56,469 bases of DNA from Chloroflexi bacterium HGW-Chloroflexi-9 (GTDB lineage: Bacteria > Chloroflexota > Dehalococcoidia > UBA2979): positions 1 to 56,469 of the forward strand of contig PHBR01000005.1 in NCBI GenBank assembly GCA_002840675.1. The letters are read 5' to 3'. This document shows, one piece after another, positions 28,774-38,679 of this stretch. How positions within the stretch are numbered: position 1 is the stretch's first letter; every line of letters begins with the position of its first letter. Made by a program: the position numbers and the translations under genes. A model generated the notes under the pieces. It saw only the letters and a program-made list of their open reading frames with translations, had not been told where the DNA came from and did not search any database.

Positions 28774-29448
28774 TCAGGCGGCCTGCGCGTGTCCATTGCG
28801 GCGGTTGAGGCCGCGTGCGAGGCGGGTGACGGCGTCCCGGAGCCGGCGTGCGTCGAGCTCGTCAAGCGGGCAGCCATACTTCTCGGCGACCCACTCGCGC
28901 GTGCGCGCTTCATCGGAGCCGGCGCGCTCGGCAATCGCGAGCACCTCGCGGCGGAGCGGTTCGGCATCCACCGGGCCGGTCGTATCCGTCCCGTCGAGGC
29001 GCACCGACAGCTCGTTTCCGAGCCCGGCGCCGTAGTGACGCAGTGCTCGCTTGAGGCCGTCGGTCACCGCGGTCTTGTAGGCAGTCGCATGCGCGTCCGC
29101 GGTTTGTTCGTCGACGACGCCCGTGCCAACATCGCTGTGTGCGCCGCAGCCGTCGACGGTGACACGCACCGTCGCCGTGTAGATGCCGAGCACCGGGGTG
29201 GCGCTGCGCCGTCCGGTCTGGGGGATCGGGCGGTAGGTGACCTCCCCGACGACCTCGGCGCCCCAGCGGTCCTCGCCGAAGATCGCGTTCGCGAGCTGGA
29301 TCGCCCGCCACCCTTCCAGGTAGCGGACCGGCCCGTCGTCACCCTCGCGTTCCGAGATGTGTTCGGGCGCGAGGGCCTGCCGGAGCTTCCGCTTCGTGGC
29401 GGTGCTCAGACGGCGCGGTTGAGGTGCGTTCGTTCGCTCTGCTGCCAT
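28774..29448 (-). CDS. Rad52/Rad22 (Sak-like) ssDNA annealing protein
   Basis: YLEGWRAIQLANAIFG..W, DVGTG, AYKTAVTDGLKRALRHYG..LGNEL. Confidence 0.92.
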   Translation of the reverse strand: MAAERTNAPQPRRLSTATKRKLRQALAPEHISEREGDDGPVRYLEGWRAIQLANAIFGEDRWGAEVVGEVTYRPIPQTGRRSATPVLGIYTATVRVTVDGCGAHSDVGTGVVDEQTADAHATAYKTAVTDGLKRALRHYGAGLGNELSVRLDGTDTTGPVDAEPLRREVLAIAERAGSDEARTREWVAEKYGCPLDELDARRLRDAVTRLARGLNRRNGHAQAA

Positions 29449-30476
29449 GACTCCTCCTGTCGTCTGCGGGCCTCGGCCAGCGCCGCGAGGAAGGCATCAC
29501 GCCCACCGCGCCGCTGTCCGAGTTCGTTGAGGTCGTGCGCTCCCTCCGGAAGCGCGACGGTGAGCGCCCGGCTACCGAGGGCGGACGCGAGTTGCGCCGA
29601 GGCGCGACGGCCGGGGCCATCGGCATCGAGTGCGAGGTAGACCGTGCGGAAGCTGCGCAGGGCGGCGAGGGCAAGCCGCGAGGCGTGCGTGCCGACCAGC
29701 GCGACGGCCGGGAGTTCCCATTCGCAGGCCGTGAGCCAGTCGAAGGGGCCCTCCACGACGACCACCGCGTGCGGCCCCACGAGCCGTGCCCCGGCGAGGC
29801 CGAGGAGCGGCGACTGCGCGCGGAGGTTCAGGTAGCGCGGGCCGCAGGCGGCGAGCGCCCGGCCCGTGAGCCAGGTCGCTCGCCCCTGCACGTCGAGGTC
29901 GGGGACCACGACCCGCCCCGTGAAGGGCTCGCGGTTGCCCGCGGTCAGCCCGAGCCGCTCCGCTGCTTCGAGACGCAGGCCGGATGAGCGCAGCTGCCGG
30001 GCGAGACCGCCCGCGGCGTAGCCGAGGCGGAGGCGGCGTGCCGTCTCCACGGAGATGCCGCGTCGCACGAGGTAGGAGCGCACGTCCCGGTACTTCACGA
30101 GCGCGCGCTCGTAGTGCGCGACGGTTGCTTCCACCACCGCGGACGACGCGGCATCGAGTCGTGCCGCCGGCGGGCGCGCCGGGAGCCGGACGACGTTCGA
30201 CGGGAGTGCCGGGAGCCCCTGTGAGAGCTGCGCGGCGGTCTCCCGGAACGATGTGCCGCTGATCCGGGCAACGAAGTCGATCACGTCGCCGCCGGCATGG
30301 CAGCCGTAGCAGAACCACGACGCCGTCTCCGGGTAGACGACGAAGCTCGGGTCGCGGTCGCGGTGGAACGGGCAGAGCCCGACCAGCCGTCTCCCGGACG
30401 GCCTGAGCTCGACGCCGGCCGTGGCGACCGTCGCCGCGATCGGGTGCGCGGCGCGGATCGCGGCGACGTCATGCAT
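29406..30476 (-). CDS. DnaG-like primase (CHC2 zinc finger + Toprim)
   Basis: CPFHRDRDPSF...CYGC..GGDVIDF, YLVRRGI, VVEGPFD, LALDADGPG, HDLNE. Confidence 0.92.
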   Translation of the reverse strand: MHDVAAIRAAHPIAATVATAGVELRPSGRRLVGLCPFHRDRDPSFVVYPETASWFCYGCHAGGDVIDFVARISGTSFRETAAQLSQGLPALPSNVVRLPARPPAARLDAASSAVVEATVAHYERALVKYRDVRSYLVRRGISVETARRLRLGYAAGGLARQLRSSGLRLEAAERLGLTAGNREPFTGRVVVPDLDVQGRATWLTGRALAACGPRYLNLRAQSPLLGLAGARLVGPHAVVVVEGPFDWLTACEWELPAVALVGTHASRLALAALRSFRTVYLALDADGPGRRASAQLASALGSRALTVALPEGAHDLNELGQRRGGRDAFLAALAEARRRQEESWQQSERTHLNRAV

Positions 30477-30804
30477 CCGGAGCGTCCGCTTCGAGCTCCG
30501 TGATGCGGCGCCAGAAGCACTCCTCCTGCACGGTGAGCGCCGCCTCGGGGCCGATCCCCGCGGGCAGGTGCGGCCTCAGGACCTCGCCGGGTGGATCGCC
30601 AAGTTCCCAGTAGCGGGCGGTCAGTTCGCCTTCGCTCCCGGCATCGGCGAGCCATTCGAGCAGCGCTTGGACGGCGGGCTCCACCGCCGCGCGCTGTGCA
30701 TCGCACCACTGGACATAATCTTTGTGGCTGTGTTCCCACACGCCGCGCACGGCGCGCAGGAAGCGGTCGTTCCTGGACACGTCTGGATTCCCTTCATTGG
30801 ACAC
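30469..30804 (-). CDS. Hypothetical protein
   Basis: Co-oriented ORF overlapping the primase start. Confidence 0.65.
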   Translation of the reverse strand: MSNEGNPDVSRNDRFLRAVRGVWEHSHKDYVQWCDAQRAAVEPAVQALLEWLADAGSEGELTARYWELGDPPGEVLRPHLPAGIGPEAALTVQEECFWRRITELEADAPDA

Positions 30805-30866
30805 GGGCTGGCCTCATTCCTCATCCGACCTGCGGGTGCACTGCTCACGCGGTCGGGCACAAGGAA

Positions 30867-30892
30867 TCGGGGCCGCCCGAAGGCGGCCCCGA
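30867..30892 (-). terminator. Intrinsic terminator/attenuator inside the backbone operon
   Basis: TCGGGGCCGCC-TTCG-GGCGGCCCCGA followed by TTCCTT on the minus strand. Confidence 0.65.
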
Positions 30893-30920
30893 AGGAGGTG
30901 GTTCGCTGTGGTTCAGCGGG

Positions 30921-31916
30921 TCAGGCGAGCGGGCGGGCGCCTCGCAGCGCCTGCGGCGCGAACCGCCGTCCGCGCTCCCAGCGGTGCAGGCCGATCGCCG
31001 AGACGACCTCCCAGCGGCCGTCGTCCGCGGGGATCAGCACCGCGCCGCGACCGTGCGCCGCGCGGTAGTGGACGGCGGCGAGCAGCCCGATCCGCCGGCA
31101 GGCGGTGAGCCAGAGCCCGTAGAGGTGCCGCGCGAGTTCCTCCGGCAGCCCGTCGAGGTCGAGCGGCTCCAGCAGGTCGAGCGCCGCCACCGGTTCGCGT
31201 CGGTGCAGCCGCCGCCCCTCGCGGAGCGCCTGCTCTGCCACCTCGACCTTGACGGCCTCGGCGCGCTTCCGTAGCGTTTCAAACGTTCGATGCAGGTCCG
31301 GCGTGCTGCTGATCGACTGTTCCAGGGACGTCAGCAGTTGCCGGGCCTCTTCGTATCTCCCGCTGTCGAGGTGCTCCCCGACCAGCGCCAGCATCTCTCG
31401 CATCTCCATCTCCTGCTCCTTGCTGTGCTCCTCGTCGAGGAGCTGCCTGATGTCGTGGCACGCCCCGAGCCGCTCCGCCTCGCGGCGCAGCGCCGTGGCA
31501 TGTGCGTCGGCCTGTGTGCCAAGACGCGCCGTGTGGTCGGCGACGCTGTGTGCCTGCGTCCGCGCCGCCGGTTCGAAGGCGCCCTCGGCGAGGGCACGGG
31601 CACGCTCGGACGCCCGGCGCATCTCCCCGGCGATGCCGGACACCCGGTCCGCCTCCGCCTGGAGCTGTCGCCAGCGGTCGAGTCCGCGCACCGCCTCGTC
31701 CCGGCGGTCGCGGTCGCGGGCCGCCAGGCCTTCGAGTTCGTCGAGCGCCCTGCGCGCACTCGCCGCGAGCGCGGCGATGCTCGCCGGATCGCCGTCCCCG
31801 GCCATCGGGACCAGCGCCATCGCGTCCGGCACACGGTCATCGACCGCGAACCGGTCTCGGACCCGGGCGAGGTCGCCCAGGCTGTTCAGCACGATCTCGT
31901 GCGTCTCCGTCGTCAT
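30921..31916 (-). CDS. Hypothetical coiled-coil protein
   Basis: 331-aa ORF, GGGAG RBS, helical A/E/R-rich composition. Confidence 0.75.
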   Translation of the reverse strand: MTTETHEIVLNSLGDLARVRDRFAVDDRVPDAMALVPMAGDGDPASIAALAASARRALDELEGLAARDRDRRDEAVRGLDRWRQLQAEADRVSGIAGEMRRASERARALAEGAFEPAARTQAHSVADHTARLGTQADAHATALRREAERLGACHDIRQLLDEEHSKEQEMEMREMLALVGEHLDSGRYEEARQLLTSLEQSISSTPDLHRTFETLRKRAEAVKVEVAEQALREGRRLHRREPVAALDLLEPLDLDGLPEELARHLYGLWLTACRRIGLLAAVHYRAAHGRGAVLIPADDGRWEVVSAIGLHRWERGRRFAPQALRGARPLA

Positions 31917-31925
31917 CTGACTCCC

Positions 31926-32540
31926 TTACCTCTCTGCGCCGACCGCGTAGCGTCCGTCGTCGACGGGCGCCCAGCGGTCGTCCGGCGGCGGTGCATCCTC
32001 GAAGGGGATCGCCGCCTCGTCCTGGTGACGGAGCGGCACGACCACGGCCGGCCGCCGCTCCGGTCGGGCCCCGCACGTCACGGTGTAGACCAGCGGGCCG
32101 AGCGCCTCACCGACCACCTCGTGCAGTTGCTGCCGGAGCACGGCCACGACTGCGCCGTCGCTCATCGACTCCTCCCCGACGCTGAGCGCCAGGAAGAGGA
32201 CGTGGCGGCGGGTGCCGTCGCCGTGCTCGAACACCTGCAGCAGTGACGCCAGCGGCTGTTCCTGCTGCACCGAGCGCTGCACGACGACCAACAGGTGCTC
32301 GGGCGGTGAGACGCCGAGCGCCCGGAACTGCGTCCGGGTCGCGCGGGTGAGCATCCGTCGTAGCCGCCGGGCGCGACTGCGACGGGCGTCGACCAGCACG
32401 ACCGGCTTCCACGGGCGCAGCCGCCTACCGGCCATGCACCAGGCGGCCCGCACGCCGCCGCCACACCAGCGGGCGACGCGACGGGCGCGGTCCGTCCACC
32501 GGGCGGCCAGCCCCGGCCGCCGCTTCCTCTTCCGTTCCAT
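31926..32540 (-). CDS. Hypothetical protein
   Basis: 204-aa ORF with RBS, co-oriented. Confidence 0.65.
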   Translation of the reverse strand: MERKRKRRPGLAARWTDRARRVARWCGGGVRAAWCMAGRRLRPWKPVVLVDARRSRARRLRRMLTRATRTQFRALGVSPPEHLLVVVQRSVQQEQPLASLLQVFEHGDGTRRHVLFLALSVGEESMSDGAVVAVLRQQLHEVVGEALGPLVYTVTCGARPERRPAVVVPLRHQDEAAIPFEDAPPPDDRWAPVDDGRYAVGAER

Positions 32541-32573
32541 CGATCGGTCCCTTCTCTCGCCATCGGGCGAGGG

Positions 32574-32720
32574 CTACACGTCGGCCGCTTTCGCGACGAC
32601 GGCCATCACTGAACTGACGACCGCCGTGAGGACGGCCGCCCACTTCCACACGAGGTACCCGGCGCCACGAGGGCGCCGCCGTTCCTGCCACTGGTCCATC
32701 TCGACCGCTTCCTCTCCATG
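32574..32720 (-). CDS. Small protein with hydrophobic C-terminus (start uncertain)
   Basis: MDQWQERRRPRGAGYLVWKWAAVLTAVVSSVMAVVAKAADV after a GAGGAAG RBS. Confidence 0.4.
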   Translation of the reverse strand, partial: HGEEAVEMDQWQERRRPRGAGYLVWKWAAVLTAVVSSVMAVVAKAADV

Positions 32721-33154
32721 CCAGGAAGCCCTGCGGACTGCTCCGGGGGCTGAATGCGGTGTCGGCCGGGAGCGAGTGGACTCGGACGCGCGTGTCTCCA
32801 CCCGCATCCGTTCTGTCCGCCCGGCCCGGAACTGCCCTGGTGCGCCCTCTGCGGACGCGTCTGGTCGACTGACTCGGCTGGCTGCTCCGTTCCCTGGGAC
32901 CACGGGCCCCGCGGTTGATCTCACCGGCCTGCTTCGTCTCTGCTCGTGGTCACCTCCTCGTCTGCACTGCATGCCTCGCGGCTATCGAGTGGGTTGGCCT
33001 GTTCAGCGCCTGCGGACGGAGAGCTCTGCTCGTTTCCCCTGCGGGTTGATCCGGCGTTCGGCGTTCCGGGAGGCCATCCGGGCCAGCTTGTCTGCCCTCT
33101 GGGCGGCGATGCTGGCGAAAACGCACTTCACATGGCGAGGACGGTAGGGGGCGA

Positions 33155-33203
33155 CGTTCCGGAGACGTTCCGGAGGGGTTCCGTCCGTGTGCTGGGCGTT
33201 CCG
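33155..33203. repeat. (C/G)GTTCCG direct repeats with 11-bp period
   Basis: GTTCCG at 33156, 33167, 33178 and 33198; a further copy near 33063. Confidence 0.7.
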
Positions 33204-33713
33204 AAATCGGGCGGAGTCGAGCCCGGCGTCGGGCGGGCAGCTGACGAGCCGGCGGGGCGGACGTCCGCCGGGCGACGCGAAGCGGGACGACCGACCGCCC
33301 GATATGCCCCGGTTCGGAACGAGATCGGTACGGATTGCCCGCGGATCTATATGTCTCCACATACGCACGACTGATCTGCATCGCTCAGCTGGTGTTGCTC
33401 GCTGCCAACGCTCTGGGCTGCCCGGGACGGCCGGGCTCCCCGGCGTATCGGCACCTCTCCCCTCAGGCGGGTGGTGACTCTCCTGCATCCGAGCGATCGA
33501 GCCGTCACCTGAAGCCGTGCGCGAGTCGATCGACGCGCCTGAGGGCGCGCGACCTCGCCCACGCGTCCAGGGCAGTCCGTCCGGGCGGTACGGCTTCACC
33601 GTCGTCAGGAACCTCGCGCGCGACAACGTCGTCTGGTGTGTGGGAATGTCGACCGACCGAACGTCACCGGGCTGGATGTCCGACCGCGCCGGTGGCACCG
33701 AGGGAGGAACCCC

Positions 33714-35027
33714 GTGAACCTATCGCACCTGTATCTCCGGAACGCGCGACCGTTCCTCGTCGCCGTATCGGCGCTGGCCGCCGTGATCGCGCTCGCCTGC
33801 ACCGGGGACACGTCACGCAGCCCCGCGGCAACCGGCCTCGTGCAGTCGGATGCGCCTCGCCTGGCGGTGGAGCCCGCGGACCTCGAGGACGCAGGCGCGG
33901 CCGTCGAGGCGTTCGGACTCGACCTCTACCGCTACCTGGCTGCGGAGGAGGGCAACATCGTCTTCTCGCCGTACAGCGCCGCCGTGGCCCTCGCGATGAC
34001 GCGCGCCGGGGCGACCGGTGAGACCGAGCGGCAGATGAGCGACGTGCTCCACGCCGACCTGGTTGCCGACCTCGACGCGGCGGTCAACGCCCTCGACCAG
34101 GCGCTGGCCGCGCGCCCCGGCCGTTACCCCGTGGGCGACCAGCACGTCGAACTGGAACTCTCGACCGCGAACCAGATCTGGGCACAGGAGGGGTTTGCGC
34201 TCGAGCAGGCGTTCCTCGACCGGCTCGCGACGCATTACGGCGCCGGCGTGCGCACCGTGGATTTCGAGACGGCCGTCGCCGCGGCGCGCGAGACGATCAA
34301 CGCCTGGGTCGCGGAGCAGACGCGTGACCGCATCCCGGAACTCATCCCCGACGGCGTGCTCAACGAGCTCACCCGGCTGGTGCTGACGAGCGCGATCTAT
34401 CTCAACGCGCCATGGCAGTACCCGTTCCCGGAAGGCGCGACCTCCACGGCCCCGTTCCACCGGCTGGACGGCTCCACGGTGGACGTGCCGATGATGGGCG
34501 CGAACGAGTCGTTCCGGTACGCACGCGGCGACGGCCACCAAGCGATCGAGCTCCCGTACGTCGGCGGGGCACTGGCGATGGTGCTGCTGGTGCCTGACGA
34601 GGGCGCGTTCGTGGAGTTCGAGGGCGGCCTCGACCGAGACCGGCTCGGCGCCATCCTCGACAGCCTCCGCTCAGGCCGGGTCACCCTCGGCCTCCCGCGG
34701 TTCGAGTTCCGCACGCAGGTGCGCCTCAAGGAAGCGCTGTCGGCGATCGGGATGCCCGTGCCGTTCACGGACGACGCGGACTTCACCGGGATCAGCCGCG
34801 AGGTCGGCGAGGACCTCGTGATCCAGGAGGTGGTGCACGAGGCGTTCATCTCGGTGGACGAGGACGGCACGGAGGCGGCCGCGGCGACGGCCGTGATCGT
34901 CGGCGAGACGTCCGTGCCGATGGATCCCGTCACCCTGACCGTCGACCGGCCGTTCATCTTCCTCGTGCGGGATGTCGAGACGGGCGCGCTGCTGTTCATG
35001 GGCCGCGTGGTCGACCCCGCCGGGTAG
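33714..35027 (+). CDS. Lipoprotein serpin (serine protease inhibitor)
   Basis: Lipobox IALAC; NIVFSPYS, INAWVAEQTRDRI, hinge EDGTEAAAAT, DRPFIFLVRD..TGALLFMGRV; GGAGG RBS. Confidence 0.96.
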   Translation: MNLSHLYLRNARPFLVAVSALAAVIALACTGDTSRSPAATGLVQSDAPRLAVEPADLEDAGAAVEAFGLDLYRYLAAEEGNIVFSPYSAAVALAMTRAGATGETERQMSDVLHADLVADLDAAVNALDQALAARPGRYPVGDQHVELELSTANQIWAQEGFALEQAFLDRLATHYGAGVRTVDFETAVAAARETINAWVAEQTRDRIPELIPDGVLNELTRLVLTSAIYLNAPWQYPFPEGATSTAPFHRLDGSTVDVPMMGANESFRYARGDGHQAIELPYVGGALAMVLLVPDEGAFVEFEGGLDRDRLGAILDSLRSGRVTLGLPRFEFRTQVRLKEALSAIGMPVPFTDDADFTGISREVGEDLVIQEVVHEAFISVDEDGTEAAAATAVIVGETSVPMDPVTLTVDRPFIFLVRDVETGALLFMGRVVDPAG

Positions 35028-35391
35028 GCGTCGGCTCAGGCCCGGCATCCCGTCGCCCCGGAGCCCGCAGGGGAGGCGCAGACGATGGCCGTGGCGATCA
35101 GGCGCGTCCGGCGCCTTCGGGCGCACCCGCGCAGCGCTCGGGACACGGCATGCGGGGCCGGACGGCTCGACGTTCCTGAACCACGCGCGAGAAGCCGCCG
35201 GCGGTGCCGGGTTGTCGACGTCCCGCCGTGGCCCGCGCGCTTGTCGGAAGCGACGGGGTTCGATTAGGACTCGACTTTTCGGGCGAGAACCGGCACGATG
35301 CCCGCGGGGAAGGCTCATCATGTGCGCTACTTACGGTGCGCTTTTTCGAACAATCTGGGCTGGCGGCTTCATTGCTCGGAGGCGCTGAGCC

Positions 35392-35901
35392 GTGCCTCGC
35401 CTGTGGGTCTCGTATCTCCTGTTTCTCAGCTCCTATGCACCGCTGCTGCTCCTACTCGCACTCCGAACCTATGAGCGGCCTTCGCTTGCCTTGGTCTTCG
35501 CTACGGCAGGACTGCTCTCAATCGCGGTTCTTGCTATCTACCTACATGTGATTCGAAGGGCGGCATCGATTCCTCTCCCGATCGAGCGCATGACCGATCG
35601 AACCGGAGACATTGCCGGGTACCTCACGGCCTACCTATTTCAGTTCTTGCTTGTAAGCGGGAACCTTGACGACATTGACCTACTCTCGCTGCTCCTCATG
35701 TTTGTCTTGCTAGCGGTCATATCCGTTCGGGCTCATTTTCTGTATGTGAACCCAATCCTCTCCGTCCTTGGGTATCGGCTCTTCGAAGTTGAATCAGGAG
35801 GGGGATTACCCCTGTTGCTCATCTCAAGGCGGGAGCCTTCGGCCGGGACGGTGCTGGTACACGACTTCGGGCATCGGATCTTTCTTGAGGCAGAGGTATG
35901 A
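35392..35901 (+). CDS. kwaA: Kiwa membrane component KwaA
   Basis: Four hydrophobic helices; FLSSYAPL, YLTAYL.., YVNPILSVLGYRLF motifs; ATGA overlap with the next gene. Confidence 0.8.
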   Translation: MPRLWVSYLLFLSSYAPLLLLLALRTYERPSLALVFATAGLLSIAVLAIYLHVIRRAASIPLPIERMTDRTGDIAGYLTAYLFQFLLVSGNLDDIDLLSLLLMFVLLAVISVRAHFLYVNPILSVLGYRLFEVESGGGLPLLLISRREPSAGTVLVHDFGHRIFLEAEV

Positions 35902-36845
35902 CTACAGACGCAGATTGGATCGCTTTACGACGGACTGCGTTGGAGGATCAGCTCTCCCTATCCATGTTCTTCGGGCGAGATCTCCTAACGCCGAACCTCA
36001 GGATTGAGCGAGTAACAGCATCCATCCCATTGATGGAGCGGTTGAGGGGGGATGCTGTCAGTTCTTTCGGGGAACGCTATCAGTACGGACTGACACCTTA
36101 TGAGGTTGGTGGAGCTCCGGATGACGAAATGATGACCTTGGCCGGGCAAGAGCTAGAAGCTGGTGAGAAGTTACTTCGGCTCTGCGAACAACCTGCTCGC
36201 GCTCAAGTCTTCGATCCTTCGCCCGAACGGCTGCGGCAGGTGGAGTTTCAGGTTCTCCGAATGACTTCGCTTGGCGGGGGGGCTGCAGTGACGTTGGTTC
36301 GTAGAACCACCACCGGACGATTTCTGATCGGTGAACGTAAAGGGATCCCATCGTTGTTCCAGGGCAATGTGCTCTCCGAGGTCGAAGGCGACGTGGTCCA
36401 CATGGATGGAGACTTCCACGGAGCGCACTGCGGAGACACGTGGTTCCTCTTGCACTCAACTCAGTTCGAGGCTCTGTTTGGTTTCGCCCACCTCTATGAA
36501 GCTCGGACTCGCGATTCGCTACGCGAGATCGCAGCGGGCCTTCCGTTCGACGATGAAGATCAGCTCGTCGAGGGGATGAGTGGTTACGTCCGATTGCGAC
36601 GAGGGATAGAGGAGGCTCGACGCGGCGGCCTGTTCCGTCGGGTGAACGCGACTCAGCTTAAGGGCTTTGCGGAGGACGAAGGCCTCCCTGTCGCATTCAA
36701 AAAGGTTGGGAGGGGGTGGCAGATCGTCGTGCCGACTGACAGCCAAGGCCGCGCTGCCCTCGTTCGACTCCTCCGGGATGCATTCGTCGAGTCGAAGCTC
36801 TCGCAGATTAAGTACGTAGCCGACTCGAAGCGACTGAGGGACTAA
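35898..36845 (+). CDS. kwaB: Kiwa KwaB (DUF4868-like)
   Basis: 315 aa, FEALFGF..Y and LLRDAFVES.LS..KY C-terminal pattern; coupled to kwaA. Confidence 0.78.
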   Translation: MTTDADWIALRRTALEDQLSLSMFFGRDLLTPNLRIERVTASIPLMERLRGDAVSSFGERYQYGLTPYEVGGAPDDEMMTLAGQELEAGEKLLRLCEQPARAQVFDPSPERLRQVEFQVLRMTSLGGGAAVTLVRRTTTGRFLIGERKGIPSLFQGNVLSEVEGDVVHMDGDFHGAHCGDTWFLLHSTQFEALFGFAHLYEARTRDSLREIAAGLPFDDEDQLVEGMSGYVRLRRGIEEARRGGLFRRVNATQLKGFAEDEGLPVAFKKVGRGWQIVVPTDSQGRAALVRLLRDAFVESKLSQIKYVADSKRLRD

Positions 36846-36876
36846 GGCCGGTGCGAGCCCAGAAGGAAAGGGGTCT

Positions 36877-37145
36877 TGACCCTATTCTCTGGACACCTCG
36901 ACTGCGGCGATGTCGTCGCCCGGAAAGAGTCCGAGCGGCCCCGAGGAGTTCCGCGGGCGAGCCGTAGAACTCGCCGGCGACGTGAGCAGCCGGTGAGCCA
37001 GGTCGCCGTGGCGTTGGGCATCGCCCAGTCCGCCCCGCATCGTTGGGTCCGTCACGCCGACCTCGACTAGGGCCGACGCGACGATGGCCTGAAGACCGAG
37101 GAGCGGGCCGATCTCGTGCGTCTGCGCCGGGCTAACCGCTAGTTC
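36877..37145 (+). mobile_element. Degraded IS3-family remnant (left end + orfA)
   Basis: Across frames: PEEFRGRAVELA..EQPVSQVAVALGIAQS..HRWVRHADLD*..EERADLVRLRRANR, an HTH_Tnp_1 pattern with a stop and frameshifts. Confidence 0.75.
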
Positions 37146-37337
37146 TGTCCGAGCGCCCGCACGCTGTGGTGCGCTGCTCACGCAGGACGAGGCGTCTCTG
37201 TAGCGAACCGTGGTCGTCCAAGAATGGGAGCCTAGCCGGGCGGGCCATTTGTCCAATCTGGCCGTGGATCGGCGTTTGGTGGCACGGCGTGGAGACTATC
37301 CTTGAGATCCACGTGTTTGAGGAGCCACGCAGCGTCC

Positions 37338-37763
37338 ATGGTCGACACTTTCGAACCCGAGATCCGCAGTCGAATCATGTCGGCTGTCCGATCCAGCAAC
37401 ACGTGCCCTGAACTCGCTGTGAGACGCGAGCTCCATCAACGCGGGTTGCGATTCGTGCTGCACCGCAAGGATCTGCCAGGTACGCCGGATATCGTGCTGC
37501 CAAAGCATCGAGCGATCGTCTTCGTGCAAGGTTGCTTCTGGCATGGGCACGGATGTTCTCGCTCAAAGACGCCAGTGACGAACCGTCAGTACTGGGAGAC
37601 GAAGATCGCTCGCAACCGCGCCAGGGATCGCCGTGCTCAGCGGCGGCTGCGCGACGGTGGCTGGCATGTGTTCAATGTGTGGACCTGTGATTCACGGCGC
37701 GGCGTTGCCCGTGTGTGCCGAGCGCTCCTCGATGTTGAAGGCCGACCTGGACACCCTTCGTGA
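37338..37763 (+). CDS. vsr: Very short patch repair endonuclease
   Basis: MVDTFEPEIRSRIMSAVRSSNTCPE, LPGTPDIV, FVQGCFWHGH, YWETKIARNRARD. Confidence 0.95.
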   Translation: MVDTFEPEIRSRIMSAVRSSNTCPELAVRRELHQRGLRFVLHRKDLPGTPDIVLPKHRAIVFVQGCFWHGHGCSRSKTPVTNRQYWETKIARNRARDRRAQRRLRDGGWHVFNVWTCDSRRGVARVCRALLDVEGRPGHPS

Positions 37764-38679
37764 GGCGGAGCGACACACGATGATCGATGGAGTTACCGAT
37801 GCGGCAGTGAAGCTGATCGCTGAATGGTACGAGCGCGAGCCTGAAGCGCATCGCTCTCGGATCGGCATCCCGAACACGGGACTCCATGTCCTGGAAGTGT
37901 TCCGCGTCTACTGGCCGCTTCGCGAGAGCCAGTATCTGACGGCCGGCGGCGGGCAGGTCTCAGGTCTAAGCGGGCCCTCTGGAGACGCCATTGCGGGGCG
38001 ATACGTGGCCTCGCTGCCGTCGATGGGCACGGAGGCGGGGCGGACGAGTCGCTCAACGCCCTCAGCAGCTCGCCGACTCGCGGAACGCCTGAATCACCTT
38101 CCCCCGGGTCTCGGGCAGGGGCCCGAGACCCGGGCGGCCATGGCAGATGTGATGCAGAGATGGATTGTCGAACACGTCCTTGTCCCGGAGTTCCGTCGAG
38201 CGCGACCCACGTTGCGCTGGGGGGAGCGGGAGGGTCTGGGATCTGCGCTCCGGCGCTACGTGGCGGCCGCCGCCGAGGATGAACCATGGACTCATGTCGC
38301 CCTTCGGCTCACCGCTGCGGTCCTGTCCAACCTATCCGACGAATTTCGACCGCAGATCCGCACGACGGTCGGACGCCGCTCCGACGATGGCGATCTGTGG
38401 ATCGGCGACGTGGTCGTGCTCATCTCTGCGTTGCCTGCCTACGAGGACATGGCCTTGTGTCGACAGGCCCTCTCAGGCGGTCGAGGATGCTTGTTGCTCG
38501 TTCCGGCGGATCGGGTTGCGGCGTCCGCTCAGCTCCTGGCAGCCGCCGGAATCGACGACACGGAAGTTCAGGCGCTGGACGCCTTCTTAGGAGGTCTGGT
38601 CGCGGTTGCTGCCCGCTTCGACGATCGTCAGGCACGGGAACTGATCGCCAACGTTGCCGCCAGCCTCAACCAGGCCTAG
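37732..38679 (+). CDS. Diverged DUF4928-like protein, paralog of 42936-43895
   Basis: Shares IGIPNTGL.VLE.FR..PL, T.GGGQV, GTE.GRTSR and MQ.WIV with the other copy. Confidence 0.8.
   Translation: MLKADLDTLREAERHTMIDGVTDAAVKLIAEWYEREPEAHRSRIGIPNTGLHVLEVFRVYWPLRESQYLTAGGGQVSGLSGPSGDAIAGRYVASLPSMGTEAGRTSRSTPSAARRLAERLNHLPPGLGQGPETRAAMADVMQRWIVEHVLVPEFRRARPTLRWGEREGLGSALRRYVAAAAEDEPWTHVALRLTAAVLSNLSDEFRPQIRTTVGRRSDDGDLWIGDVVVLISALPAYEDMALCRQALSGGRGCLLLVPADRVAASAQLLAAAGIDDTEVQALDAFLGGLVAVAARFDDRQARELIANVAASLNQA

Noticed and set aside
35256-35276. GGGGTTCGATTAGGACTCGAC as a tmRNA 5' end
   Set aside because: No tag reading frame or tRNA-like 3' end follows; kwaA starts soon after.
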